Shown here: one piece after another, positions 9,680-19,834 of the stretch
Layout: every line of letters begins with the position of its first letter
Position numbering within the stretch: position 1 is the stretch's first letter
DNA from: a virus
Taxonomy: Duplodnaviria; Caudoviricetes
Length of the DNA: 64,000 nt
Virus record (IMG/VR): IMGVR_UViG_3300031555_002748
Span: 2,439 to 66,438 of that record
Direction: 5' to 3' (one strand)
Notes under the pieces: generated by a model
Seen by the model: only the letters and a program-made list of their open reading frames with translations
Told to the model about the DNA's origin: nothing
Databases searched by the model: none
Program-made: the position numbers and the translations under genes

Positions 9680-10201
9680 CTACCTCTTGTAAGTATATTC
9701 ACGAGGATTAGTTCTTAATGGTTTAGTAGAATTATCATCTACTAATTCGAATTTAAGTGTACGAGTAATATAATCTGTATCTGTTGCACCCTCAAGATTA
9801 GAAACAAGATTCATTTGTGGTCCAAGTTTATTGGACAGATGAAAAATATCACGAATGATATAACTCAAACAATCGTGTCTAGCCATACCATATTTTGTTT
9901 TTACTAAATCTTTGTGTACAAAAACAACAAATTGGACATATTGAGATTTCATCACTTCGTTACCTGGTATACGACCCATGTCGCTTACCGAAAAGGTGAT
10001 GAAATTTTTTGATTTATCTTGTGTGCCAGGAATTCGTATAAATGGATATATAGACGAATATACCAATTCTTCTGGACAAGACGGATCAATATCTGAGTTA
10101 TCAAGTAACTCCACGATATCTTCATCAGAATAGAGTGTTTGTTCAATAATACGTTTTTTGCGAATAATATCATCATCAATATTTTGAATATCACGTTTCA
10201 T
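9680..10201 (-). CDS. Tail terminator/completion protein (putative)
   Basis: Likely start MKRDIQ at 10201; IYPFIRIP...RHD.L..II pattern and synteny. Confidence 0.55.
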   Translation of the reverse strand: MKRDIQNIDDDIIRKKRIIEQTLYSDEDIVELLDNSDIDPSCPEELVYSSIYPFIRIPGTQDKSKNFITFSVSDMGRIPGNEVMKSQYVQFVVFVHKDLVKTKYGMARHDCLSYIIRDIFHLSNKLGPQMNLVSNLEGATDTDYITRTLKFELVDDNSTKPLRTNPREYTYKR

Positions 10202-10202
10202 T

Positions 10203-11288
10203 TTATACCACCTCCACTCTGATTTCGGCAGTACTACCGTCACTGCCAATCACTTGAACGATGAGCACCTTTCCTATCAATTCATAATTAAGTGCTATCT
10301 TAAGTTTCATTTGTTTATCTAAATATTCAATTGTATAATTGCTTGTATCGGTCGAAATATCGCCGTTTTCATCGCTGACGAGCCATTTATCGACCACAAT
10401 ATTTTCGTCGCTAAATGAAGCCGTAAAGACCTTGTATGAGCCTCCTACTTTAATAGTAGGTTGCGTACCATTGTAAGTAATGATTGCCGTACCAAGAATT
10501 TCTGTATCAGATTCGCTCTCTTCGGGCTCTACATTACTATCATAATAATTAGCAAGCATAAGCTCTGCGTTATCATGGACTGCATCAAATGTGCCTTGTG
10601 AAATTACAAATTTTGTAACGCCAATGGGCATTGTATCAGTAATTGTAGCCACATTATAGCAAAGCGGGGGCATACGACCTTCGTCCGAAATCAAAAGTCG
10701 TTGTCCAGGTCTAATGGTTTGAGTATCAGTGTTTGTTGCCATCCATATTATCCCATTGCCATTAACCACGGTTGTGTATGCATTTTCATCAGCCTCTCTG
10801 GTAGAACTACCATGACGAAGTACGCCAAGGTGGTGATAAATCTTTCCATCTACAACCCAACCGAAAGTCCAATTACATTTTAGTATTTGTAACTTTTTAA
10901 GTTCGTTATCATCTTCAATGAAAACAATCATCCACCATTCTGGAATATTGTCCGTATTTGGAATACTTACATACGCGCCAACTTTAATTTCAGGATGTCT
11001 CTTCAACTCGCCTGGACGGAATGTTAAATAGTAAGGAGATTCACCACTGTTAAGACTGTATGCACTCTTTGACTCAAAATGTGCATCTATAGGGTCTTCA
11101 AACTCATCAGGGCTTTTGTACTCAAGCGGTAAACCACGATTTAACCATTTGACTTGTACACGGCGTGCCGCCACAGAATTTAACCAAGTTGCATTAACAA
11201 CTGCATCAGATTGTATACGCATAGTTTCGCCCATAAAACTTCCTCTTCGGCTCATCCTATTACGAAACTCTTCATACATTAAAATCAC
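10203..11288 (-). CDS. Head closure/neck protein with C-terminal Ig-like region (putative)
   Basis: 361 aa; ILKCNW motif; beta-rich C-terminus; located in the neck module. Confidence 0.5.
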   Translation of the reverse strand: MILMYEEFRNRMSRRGSFMGETMRIQSDAVVNATWLNSVAARRVQVKWLNRGLPLEYKSPDEFEDPIDAHFESKSAYSLNSGESPYYLTFRPGELKRHPEIKVGAYVSIPNTDNIPEWWMIVFIEDDNELKKLQILKCNWTFGWVVDGKIYHHLGVLRHGSSTREADENAYTTVVNGNGIIWMATNTDTQTIRPGQRLLISDEGRMPPLCYNVATITDTMPIGVTKFVISQGTFDAVHDNAELMLANYYDSNVEPEESESDTEILGTAIITYNGTQPTIKVGGSYKVFTASFSDENIVVDKWLVSDENGDISTDTSNYTIEYLDKQMKLKIALNYELIGKVLIVQVIGSDGSTAEIRVEVV

Positions 11289-11583
11289 CGCCTTTGAGTT
11301 TATCTACCATATTGGCAGCATCAAGAATACATTTACGAAACTGCTCTGGGCACTCTCTCGCCGTTTCAAGATTACTTACAATGGTAAGTACTTCGGCTTG
11401 ATACCCAAATAGTTTATTTGAACCCAATATTTCATTAATAACTGTTTGTATAGTTGCGTCCACAAATGGGCTGTCAGCATCATGAATGTGAAGTATATTG
11501 ATGATTGCTCCATAAAAATGACGTTTTTGTTTTTCAATTTGATTTAATGGGATGTTTGTATAATTATTTTCCATAGTAAACAC
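11272..11583 (-). CDS. Neck-region hypothetical protein
   Basis: 103 aa in the head-tail joining cluster. Confidence 0.55.
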   Translation of the reverse strand: MFTMENNYTNIPLNQIEKQKRHFYGAIINILHIHDADSPFVDATIQTVINEILGSNKLFGYQAEVLTIVSNLETARECPEQFRKCILDAANMVDKLKGGDFNV

Positions 11584-11586
11584 CCC

Positions 11587-12018
11587 TTAATCAAAATATT
11601 CGTTATTAACATATGTGTTGTCACGAAGCAATTTCTTGATTTCGAGTTTGTACTTTTCATCAAGTGCCATAAGTTGCTTTAAGTGTTCCGCCTGCGAATA
11701 ACCTTCTTTCTTTGAAAACTGCCGCCAAGTATTAAGCGTAGATGAAATTTGAGGTCTAAGCCATTCTCTAGTAATTCCCAACGCAAGTACTGTTTTTACG
11801 GTATCCGACAAATCGTTCGCAAAACCAAGAGTATCGGCGTTTGCGGGCTTAAAATCGTCGCGTTCAACTACCTCAGAACGAATCTGTGGCAATTTACCGA
11901 TTGCTTTTTGCAACCACTTATACAACTCATTGGAAAGATCCTCCTCCGGCCATTGTGCCAGAGAAGGATCGGTAATTTCCGATAAAGCTAAATTAAAAAT
12001 TTCAGCATAAGAGGTCAT
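11587..12018 (-). CDS. Head-tail adaptor protein (putative)
   Basis: 143 aa, helical; MTSYAEIF...SQAEHLKQL; two genes downstream of the capsid gene. Confidence 0.55.
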   Translation of the reverse strand: MTSYAEIFNLALSEITDPSLAQWPEEDLSNELYKWLQKAIGKLPQIRSEVVERDDFKPANADTLGFANDLSDTVKTVLALGITREWLRPQISSTLNTWRQFSKKEGYSQAEHLKQLMALDEKYKLEIKKLLRDNTYVNNEYFD

Positions 12019-12032
12019 TGGTGTGTGCCTCC

Positions 12033-12602
12033 TTAGATAAGCATTTTAAGTTCCGTACCAAGAATTTCGTCAATTGCTTTAATCATAGACAAACTGTCAA
12101 GCGTTCCATCTTGAATCATTGCATATGCCATGTTTTGAACAGTAGATTTCATACCCGTAGGCAATTTTTGCAACTGTGCCTTAAAACGACCAAGTGGAAG
12201 TTTAAATAATGCTTTTAAATCTATTTGTTGTAAATCATCATACAATTTACCAAAGTCTGCTTTCCATTCTTCGCAAATATCCTCGTCTTCAATGATAATC
12301 ATTGGTTCGTATAGATATTTAGAACCCAAAGCTTTCCAAGATAAAAGATCTTGATATTCAACTTCTCTCACATCACCTTCGTTGGCCCAGCTGTAAGGCA
12401 TACGAGTTTTGGGTCCAATTAATCTTAATTCACCAAAACGTACACTTCTACAAGGTACTAATTCGCCGGAATCATGCTTAGGTTTATTAATCTTTTTCTG
12501 AGTAGATTTAACTTCTTTAACAACAACTTCTTCAACAGTTTCTTCTTTAACGGTTTCTTCGATAGCATCTTCTACAGATGCTTTAGTTTTTGTATCTGCC
12601 AT
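12033..12602 (-). CDS. YonA-like hypothetical protein downstream of capsid
   Basis: 189 aa; C-terminal LDSLSMIKAIDEILGTEL; SPbeta-like synteny. Confidence 0.5.
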   Translation of the reverse strand: MADTKTKASVEDAIEETVKEETVEEVVVKEVKSTQKKINKPKHDSGELVPCRSVRFGELRLIGPKTRMPYSWANEGDVREVEYQDLLSWKALGSKYLYEPMIIIEDEDICEEWKADFGKLYDDLQQIDLKALFKLPLGRFKAQLQKLPTGMKSTVQNMAYAMIQDGTLDSLSMIKAIDEILGTELKMLI

Positions 12603-12636
12603 ACTATTTTCTCCTTTTATTCCTTATTGTTTTAAA

Positions 12637-13746
12637 TTAGATAATTTCCCAAACACCAAATACCGTGTTAAGAATAACGTTGATACCCATTTTATAGAGC
12701 ACTTCGTATTCGTGTGAGCCATCTCTGTTGGTGCTATTATCAGCTACTTGGTCAACTTGGGTTTCACCATAGTTAACAACCTTGATGAATTTTTGGTTAA
12801 CACCGGTAGGAATGATATACAATCTGTCCGTATCAAGTTGATATTCAACAGAAGCACTATTGATACCAGCACCTCTCTTAAGGCCTTGACCAATTTCTGC
12901 AACCGTAAATCCTTCCCAGTTACCTAAAATACCGCCGTTTTGATGATATTCGTTTTTCATTGCTTCAGAAATCCAATTAACATCAGACATAGCTGTTAAA
13001 GCAGACAAAGCTGAACGTGCACCAAAAATTGTTACAGGGCTACCCGTAGCCATTTCGATATCTTGACAAAGTTTAACAAGAGTTGCTTTGTTAGCTGTTT
13101 CAAGAGATGCACTTTTAACCCAGTTAGCACCAAGGCTGTCTTTAGCACCTCTAAGAGCTGCATAAAGGGCATCATAAAGGTAACGATTGATTGCATCAGT
13201 AACTTTCATAACGAAAGTGCTCCATTCAACCGCACCAGTTAAAAGACGTTCAAAATCTTCATAAATTTTGATTCCGTACCATTCGCCAGCTACAGAGAAG
13301 CGTGTACCTGCTCCGAGCTTTTGGCGAATCATGTTGTGATGATTACCTGAAACTTTAGATACACTCAAAATAGAGTCGTCTTCTACATAGAACTCATTTT
13401 CGTCATCCAAAGCAAGGTTTTTGTATTCAACAAATTGGTCGAAGAATTTGTTACCTTCGGTCCAACCAGTATGAATCATTTCATCAATAGTTTCTTCAAT
13501 CAAAGCATAAACAAGCTGTCTGTTTGCTCTAACAGCTCTTTTAACTTGACTAGGCTTATCAGTAGGTTCAATACCTAAGGCAGCTCTAAACTTTTCAATA
13601 ATTTTAGATTTTACTTCTTCTTTAGAATAATCTTGAACATTTTTCTTTGCTGCATCAGTCAATAATTTTTGGAAGTTAGCAAATTGTTCAGGTTCGTTAT
13701 TAAATGCACACTTTGCAGTGCTATCAAATCTCATAAAATTAGCCAT
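12637..13746 (-). CDS. Major capsid protein
   Basis: 369 aa with strong RBS, downstream of the scaffold and decoration genes; FFDQFVEYKNLALDDENEFYVED motif typical of SPbeta-like capsids. Confidence 0.8.
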   Translation of the reverse strand: MANFMRFDSTAKCAFNNEPEQFANFQKLLTDAAKKNVQDYSKEEVKSKIIEKFRAALGIEPTDKPSQVKRAVRANRQLVYALIEETIDEMIHTGWTEGNKFFDQFVEYKNLALDDENEFYVEDDSILSVSKVSGNHHNMIRQKLGAGTRFSVAGEWYGIKIYEDFERLLTGAVEWSTFVMKVTDAINRYLYDALYAALRGAKDSLGANWVKSASLETANKATLVKLCQDIEMATGSPVTIFGARSALSALTAMSDVNWISEAMKNEYHQNGGILGNWEGFTVAEIGQGLKRGAGINSASVEYQLDTDRLYIIPTGVNQKFIKVVNYGETQVDQVADNSTNRDGSHEYEVLYKMGINVILNTVFGVWEII

Positions 13747-13769
13747 AATTCTTTATCCTCCTTATAAAA

Positions 13770-14246
13770 TTACTCAGCCACGTAACCAGTGCCATCTGTC
13801 CAAGTAACAGATTGTCCAACAGTAGGAACTGTATCACCAAATGCGTCCGCAGAAACAGCAAACACATCATGCTTAACCATAGGATAAGCTCTAACGCGGT
13901 CACCTTTTGCGTTATAGAAACAATGTCTTTCTTTATATGATTTTAAGAAATCGTTAGGCATAGTTTCAGGGTTGTGAATGAAATAAGCATCACAATCTTC
14001 TTGAAGTTCGAAACGAACCATAGTTAAGTTGCTATTATAAACAACTTCAATAACCTTTGCGTTAAGTGTGCCAGCAAAAGGTTTTACACCGTAATATTCG
14101 CCACCTTTGTATGCATCAATAGCAACGAGTGAACCATTATCACGATTTTCATCCATTTCAACAGAAAGGATGTGTCCAGTACCATACACAGCTGCTACTC
14201 TAGAAATTTCAGCAACATAGTGTTTATTCATGATATCTTGAGCCAT
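13770..14246 (-). CDS. Capsid decoration/cement protein (putative)
   Basis: 158 aa between scaffold and MCP; ENRDNGSLV and GDRVRAY motifs. Confidence 0.55.
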   Translation of the reverse strand: MAQDIMNKHYVAEISRVAAVYGTGHILSVEMDENRDNGSLVAIDAYKGGEYYGVKPFAGTLNAKVIEVVYNSNLTMVRFELQEDCDAYFIHNPETMPNDFLKSYKERHCFYNAKGDRVRAYPMVKHDVFAVSADAFGDTVPTVGQSVTWTDGTGYVAE

Positions 14247-14350
14247 AATTTTTTCCTCCTAAATTTTAATTATAATTTTTTTATTTTTTGTATTAAAAAA
14301 GAACCCTTAAGGGCTCTATTTAATTTTCGTGATTTATATCACTATTTGGT

Positions 14351-16015
14351 TTAATCAAATAAATCGCCATAAACCTTTTTCTTAGCCTTATCATTACTCT
14401 TAATGCTAAACTTCATAGCAGTTTGCTTTTCATCTTCCACTTTATTAGCAGAGAATGTAGCTTTCGCATAAGCGGCGAGCACCAAGTCAGCTTTAACAGA
14501 AAGTTCTTCAACTGAATATTTATCGGCTTCATCAACCAACTTCTTGAACGCTTCATTTTCAGCCAAGCAAGCATATTCTTCTTTATTAAGAATAGCTTCT
14601 TTTTCGGCCTTAAGTTGAGCGGCATCATAGTTGGCTTTAAATTCTGCAAGCTCGTTGTATTTAACCTCAAGTGCAGAATAGTCTTTACGAAGTTTTTCAA
14701 TAGCAAGTTTTTCAGATTCTGTAACTATAATTTCAAATACTTCTTGTCTGTCACCTTCAAGTGATACGTTTTCGCCATCAACTTTGTAGCTTTGTTTGTA
14801 TAATTTGTTCACAGACCAACTTTGCATATAAAAATAATCATCAAAAACTTCACGAATAAAGTACCAGCAATTATCTGTTTCTTCGTATTGTGCAATTAAA
14901 TTATACAAGGCCGTATGAATATCTTCATGGCTTAATTCAATTGTAAAAGTCTTTATAAACTTTGCATTTTCAACAACTGGTTCTGCAACCACAGATTCTT
15001 CGACAACTGGGTCGGAAGTTGGTTCAGCAACAGGATCACCCTCGTCACCCTCAGAAGCAGGAGCTCCTTCTGTGGCAGGATCTTCTGTAACTGGTTCAGT
15101 AGCTTCACCGAAAATTTCTTCGAATTTTGCTTCAAGTTCTTCGTCAGATAACCCTTCGATTTCAAAAGTGATATCTTCAGTAGCCTTGTTATACTTTTGT
15201 AACAATTCTTCAAACTTATTCACAGCTTCTCCTCCTCCTTTATTTAAATTTTTATCATTGAAACTTGAAAGCGTAAAATCAAGCTTTTCAAGTATTTCAA
15301 TCAATTTGTTTTGATAATTAAATGTAGGCTCTTTGTGGCAGAAATCTGTGATGTCAAGTCTCGCGCCCAACATTCCCTCTCCGATTTCGTTACCTTCGTC
15401 GTCGCAACCAAGTAGAGTACAACCGCCGAATATAAAATCAGTTAAATCAAGATATTTTTCTTTAGCATTGTAAGAAAGTTCGTTAATCACCAACTCACAG
15501 CTTACCTTGGTGCCATTCTTTCTACGAATAATATCTGCGGCTTTTGTGTACTCTTCTGGAATAACTGCGTTAGCCATAACATAAGTTTTATCTTGTTCTG
15601 CATCATATTCTAAGTATGGTTCATCTGCTGTAAAGCAACCAACTTGATTTTCAATATAAACAATATCTTCTTCGCCATTTTCGTTTTCTACAATTTCAAT
15701 GTTGTGAGCATAAAAATCCCATGTACCATCTTTAAGTTGGTGAATGTACGCGAGAATCGGTCTATATTTCAATGTTGGCATTGCTTTCAACATGTTTTCT
15801 TCAGATATAAAAGAACCATTTCTGTTTAGTTCCGTATGGCAAACTTTAATCTTTGTTTGCAACATACCAGGCATATCATCTTTGGTTAATTCGAAACTGC
15901 CAGGCACAGAAACCACAATAGGTTTGCCAGATTCTTTTGCACTAAAATTCACTGCTTGGTTTTGTTGTACAAAGAACTGATATAAATTATCAAGCGTTAA
16001 AATTTTCTTTGGCAT
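14351..16015 (-). CDS. Prohead protease/scaffold fusion (YonD-like)
   Basis: N-terminal CHTELNRNGSFIS...VSCEL..GCTLLG domain, acidic Pro/Glu linker and coiled-coil C-terminus; lies between portal and MCP. Confidence 0.7.
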   Translation of the reverse strand: MPKKILTLDNLYQFFVQQNQAVNFSAKESGKPIVVSVPGSFELTKDDMPGMLQTKIKVCHTELNRNGSFISEENMLKAMPTLKYRPILAYIHQLKDGTWDFYAHNIEIVENENGEEDIVYIENQVGCFTADEPYLEYDAEQDKTYVMANAVIPEEYTKAADIIRRKNGTKVSCELVINELSYNAKEKYLDLTDFIFGGCTLLGCDDEGNEIGEGMLGARLDITDFCHKEPTFNYQNKLIEILEKLDFTLSSFNDKNLNKGGGEAVNKFEELLQKYNKATEDITFEIEGLSDEELEAKFEEIFGEATEPVTEDPATEGAPASEGDEGDPVAEPTSDPVVEESVVAEPVVENAKFIKTFTIELSHEDIHTALYNLIAQYEETDNCWYFIREVFDDYFYMQSWSVNKLYKQSYKVDGENVSLEGDRQEVFEIIVTESEKLAIEKLRKDYSALEVKYNELAEFKANYDAAQLKAEKEAILNKEEYACLAENEAFKKLVDEADKYSVEELSVKADLVLAAYAKATFSANKVEDEKQTAMKFSIKSNDKAKKKVYGDLFD

Positions 16016-16067
16016 TTATCTCCACCTCCTTTTTTTAGTTTTGTTTATGTAAAACTCCAAAAGGAGA

Positions 16068-16250
16068 TTACAAATGTAGTTTATTGGTAAAACAATATTT
16101 TGTCTTATCTATCTCGTCGAATGTAAAATTTTTAGGTATTTTATTAACAAATGTGTATACACCTGCGATTTCACTGACGAGCTGTAGTCCGGCCGCAATA
16201 AACTTAGTTGCAACTTGGCCATCTTTTGTTACAATAAATTTCTTTTCCAT
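16068..16250 (-). CDS. Small hypothetical protein
   Basis: 60 aa with RBS GAGGTG; KFIVTKD..A.KF...G.QLV pattern. Confidence 0.55.
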   Translation of the reverse strand: MEKKFIVTKDGQVATKFIAAGLQLVSEIAGVYTFVNKIPKNFTFDEIDKTKYCFTNKLHL

Positions 16251-16264
16251 AACATCACCTCTTG

Positions 16265-17773
16265 TTATTTCTTATCTCTGGTTGCCACACCTTCGTCGGA
16301 CAAATCATCTCCGTCTTTGATTGGGGCTCCTTCTTTGTCAGATGCATTACCCGATTGAGTATTTGATGAAACTAAAGGTTGATTCCATTCGGTAGTTCCA
16401 AGTCCCAATGCTTTTTCAAGCACAGACATACCGCGTTCTTTTGCCGGATTGCCACCAAGTAATGAATAGTATTCAAGTTTCACTGGTAATGACATTCCAC
16501 CAGCTTCCTTTAGTAGTTTAATTCTATCCTCAACAAAATAAGGCGATATATCACTATATTCTACCATCCAATTTTCAATCTTATATGTATTACGCAAATA
16601 CAAATTTAACCATGCGTTAATTTGTTGGACCGGCTTCATTGCATCAAGACATTCTACAAGCATCGCTTTTTTGAAGCTTTCACTATTGGTAATTCTATTA
16701 GAGTTTAACACAATACTACCATTGCTTTCGATCAATGAAGAATACGCTTTACTTAATGTATTGACATCATCTGCTGCCGAGTTTTTACCAAAATCTATCA
16801 ACTCCAAATCCATAGGAGACATACCTAATGTAACCCCGTCTGGCACAATATCTAATAGTTTGTTATAGAAGTCTGCCGCCAAATCTAAATCAATTTCAAA
16901 GTCATCAGGTTGATTTGTACCACTTAGCGTTCCTATCTTTGCCCAAAGCAACTTATATGCCCCAAGTTCATCAACAACGTTTTGGACAGCTTGTAAATCT
17001 TCAAGGTTTATAATTTCTTCCAATAACGAAGCAAATGGAACAAGTGGAAAGTCTAAGTTGTCTATATTAATTTTAATACATATTGTTTTTTCAATAGGCA
17101 ACTCTTTCCAACGAATATTGTCACTTTCATATTGTCTATATAGCTTTTGGAACTCCTTATCGTAGTACTCAAGATCATCTGGATATGTTCTAAAATAGCT
17201 CATATCAAACGCTACACCAAGCACTCCTTGATAAAATGAAGAACTATATATACGCACATAATCCAAATCTAAAGGATGAATGTAAAAACTCCCATCTCCT
17301 TCTGGGTCACCATAAATGTAGCCAACAGAAATATCATTCTTCCATGCTCGTAACATTATTTTCAAAATCTGCTGTTCCATATGCATATTATTTACAATAC
17401 GAGTAATTCTACCGTACTCCTGTTTTAGCGTTTCGGTATCAACTTCTTGCGCCAAATCGAGAATAGGGTATGCCGTCCAAGACTTACAAGTAATCTGTTC
17501 TGCCTTGTAGTTTATCATTCTTCTATAGACGTGAGACACGTTGTAAAGATAATTACTTAACTTACGCAAATTCTTCTGGTTACTTTCAGTACCAGGATTA
17601 CGAAGATATGCACGCAAATTCTCTTTGTTGAATATATTCGAAGTAATTGTTTTACCCTTTTCAAGGTTAATCAACTGTAACGCACCCTTTAGTGCGGCAA
17701 ACGCAGCCTTTCCTTGCTCTTGCTTTGATAAATATTCAATTTTTTCTTTAGTTGTTTTTTCTTGCTGAGCCAT
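16265..17773 (-). CDS. Portal protein
   Basis: 502 aa directly after terminase; LSNYLY.VS.VYRR motif; C-terminal SSNTQSG...GAP tail typical of SPbeta YonE-like portals. Confidence 0.8.
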   Translation of the reverse strand: MAQQEKTTKEKIEYLSKQEQGKAAFAALKGALQLINLEKGKTITSNIFNKENLRAYLRNPGTESNQKNLRKLSNYLYNVSHVYRRMINYKAEQITCKSWTAYPILDLAQEVDTETLKQEYGRITRIVNNMHMEQQILKIMLRAWKNDISVGYIYGDPEGDGSFYIHPLDLDYVRIYSSSFYQGVLGVAFDMSYFRTYPDDLEYYDKEFQKLYRQYESDNIRWKELPIEKTICIKINIDNLDFPLVPFASLLEEIINLEDLQAVQNVVDELGAYKLLWAKIGTLSGTNQPDDFEIDLDLAADFYNKLLDIVPDGVTLGMSPMDLELIDFGKNSAADDVNTLSKAYSSLIESNGSIVLNSNRITNSESFKKAMLVECLDAMKPVQQINAWLNLYLRNTYKIENWMVEYSDISPYFVEDRIKLLKEAGGMSLPVKLEYYSLLGGNPAKERGMSVLEKALGLGTTEWNQPLVSSNTQSGNASDKEGAPIKDGDDLSDEGVATRDKK

Positions 17774-17785
17774 TATCTCACCTCC

Positions 17786-19834
17786 TTATCCGAATAATTT
17801 ATTTATTGGTTTGGCCCGTGTTACGGGCAGTTTATCTATAATATTGTATGTAGGTTTTTTACGAGTAACCAAGTGTTCTCTTCTTAATTGCTGTAATACC
17901 CAAGCACCCATTGCACAAACATACGCACGGTCATCGTGCATTTTGTTTACCTTATCAGGTGCCAAATCAAACCTATCATTTCCACTAGCTTGTTTAAATC
18001 TATATATATTAACAAGTTCGTTTTTCATTGCATCAATTTGTTTTAATGCAACCTCTTCATCGGAATTAAGATGATAGGGCTCTCTAACAATTTCAATTCC
18101 CTTTTTAGAAAGTTCTTTTACTTCTTTTTCTGTTGGTTCTATATATCTTAGTGTTTTTACTCCAGTTTTTGTATTATGTTCGTACATCATCATTAAATAA
18201 CCACGACCATCATATTCTGCTGGCCATTCAATAAGATTCATATCTGTCATTTCAATCAGAGCTTTAAACATTTCTACCTTATACTTGGAAGGTTGTATTA
18301 ATCTCATTTTATCCGTGATAGCATTAGGGTATAATTTAACTTCCTCTGGGCTATACTCCTTATCAATTAAACCTCTGTGCATAACACCTTTGTCATCAAA
18401 CCAATCTTCCCAAAAGAAGTCGCTAATGTTAACACCTGCACCACCAGCACCGGCATCTATACCAATGCTAATTATATTTTCATAATCAGCAGCTTGTTCA
18501 CCATTATATGCTAATAACAACTTTTTAAATTCTTTAACTTGATTTGGAGTTGTCATTGGTGTTTTGTGTTTTTTTTCTATGTTAATTAAGTTAACAACAT
18601 TTTGAATTCTCATTTTCCAACCAACTACTGGATCTTGATAATATTCTGGAATAAAAATAACAGAGTTATCTTTAGAACGAGCAGGGTCATAAAATAAACC
18701 CCACTTACTATCACCACCATCATTTTTGAGCCTTGGTGGTCTAATAACGGAGTTTTTAATAATTGTCGCCCTTTTGATAATTTGACCATCTCCACCTTCG
18801 GAAGTAAAAATGTTTTTATATTCTCGAAGTGCCGCCTCTTTATCTTCACGCATTGCTTGGTCAACTTTTTCTTGAGTTAATAATGGTACTGGCCATATTT
18901 TGTTATGCACTGTTGCGTTAATAATCACATCACAAGAGATATCCGCACAAAAATAACGTTTATCACCAGCAAACATACGAATTGAAAATTCCCTATATTT
19001 TTTAAAGAAATACTGATCGGTTCTTCCTGCCGATGAGCAATATAGTAATTGGTTTGGAAATGGAATTGGTTCTGCCATTAAGTCTTCTGCATTAAAATCT
19101 TTACCCATTTTAAACTCAGAGTTCTGAGTGGTAAACGGTTCAGAGGTGTGAAACAGTTCATCTGGGGCATTCATTGCTTCGTCGTATACATTAAGATTTG
19201 AACGTTTACTTCTATTATTATCGAACGCACCGTTCAATGTAAAACACTGTGAGCCACCATAAGTTCTTACAGTATATGAAGCTGGATTATGTACCCAACC
19301 ACTTGAGTTGGCTTGCGATTTAACAACATTGCTTTGGAACACGTCATTTAAATTAGTAAAAGAAGATATGTTCTTCATAGCAAATTGTTCCATCTTGGTA
19401 AACAATTCAATAGATTGTGAGCCAACTCCGGCAAGTATGTATGCTTTAAACCCTGGAATAAGTAGCATTTTTGCCATAATAAACAATGCAGCGAGTACAG
19501 ATTTCCCTCCGTTACGGCTCATTGCCCAAGCCACAAATGGTTTATTCCAAGAACTATCAATAAGATATCTTTGATAGTCCATTAATTGAACACCAAAAAC
19601 CTCCTCGATAAATCGTGAAGGATTTCTTCTTCCCCATTGTAAAAATTCTGCCAAATTTAATTTTTCACGATATTTTTTTGTAGTCATATCATATAAGTTT
19701 GGTCTTACGAAAATTCCACCTTCATAAAAAATATCTCCAAGTTCTTTACATAAGTCTTTAAACCCCTCAAAACAATCTTCTATACAGTTTTCAATTATTT
19801 GTTGTTCAGTTAAGATAATATCACTCATTGTCAA
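17786..19834 (-). CDS. Terminase large subunit
   Basis: Walker A SRNGGKS, Walker B VYDE, coupling motif SSAG, nuclease motifs FYDPAR and HDDRAY. Confidence 0.9.
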   Translation of the reverse strand: MTMSDIILTEQQIIENCIEDCFEGFKDLCKELGDIFYEGGIFVRPNLYDMTTKKYREKLNLAEFLQWGRRNPSRFIEEVFGVQLMDYQRYLIDSSWNKPFVAWAMSRNGGKSVLAALFIMAKMLLIPGFKAYILAGVGSQSIELFTKMEQFAMKNISSFTNLNDVFQSNVVKSQANSSGWVHNPASYTVRTYGGSQCFTLNGAFDNNRSKRSNLNVYDEAMNAPDELFHTSEPFTTQNSEFKMGKDFNAEDLMAEPIPFPNQLLYCSSAGRTDQYFFKKYREFSIRMFAGDKRYFCADISCDVIINATVHNKIWPVPLLTQEKVDQAMREDKEAALREYKNIFTSEGGDGQIIKRATIIKNSVIRPPRLKNDGGDSKWGLFYDPARSKDNSVIFIPEYYQDPVVGWKMRIQNVVNLINIEKKHKTPMTTPNQVKEFKKLLLAYNGEQAADYENIISIGIDAGAGGAGVNISDFFWEDWFDDKGVMHRGLIDKEYSPEEVKLYPNAITDKMRLIQPSKYKVEMFKALIEMTDMNLIEWPAEYDGRGYLMMMYEHNTKTGVKTLRYIEPTEKEVKELSKKGIEIVREPYHLNSDEEVALKQIDAMKNELVNIYRFKQASGNDRFDLAPDKVNKMHDDRAYVCAMGAWVLQQLRREHLVTRKKPTYNIIDKLPVTRAKPINKLFG

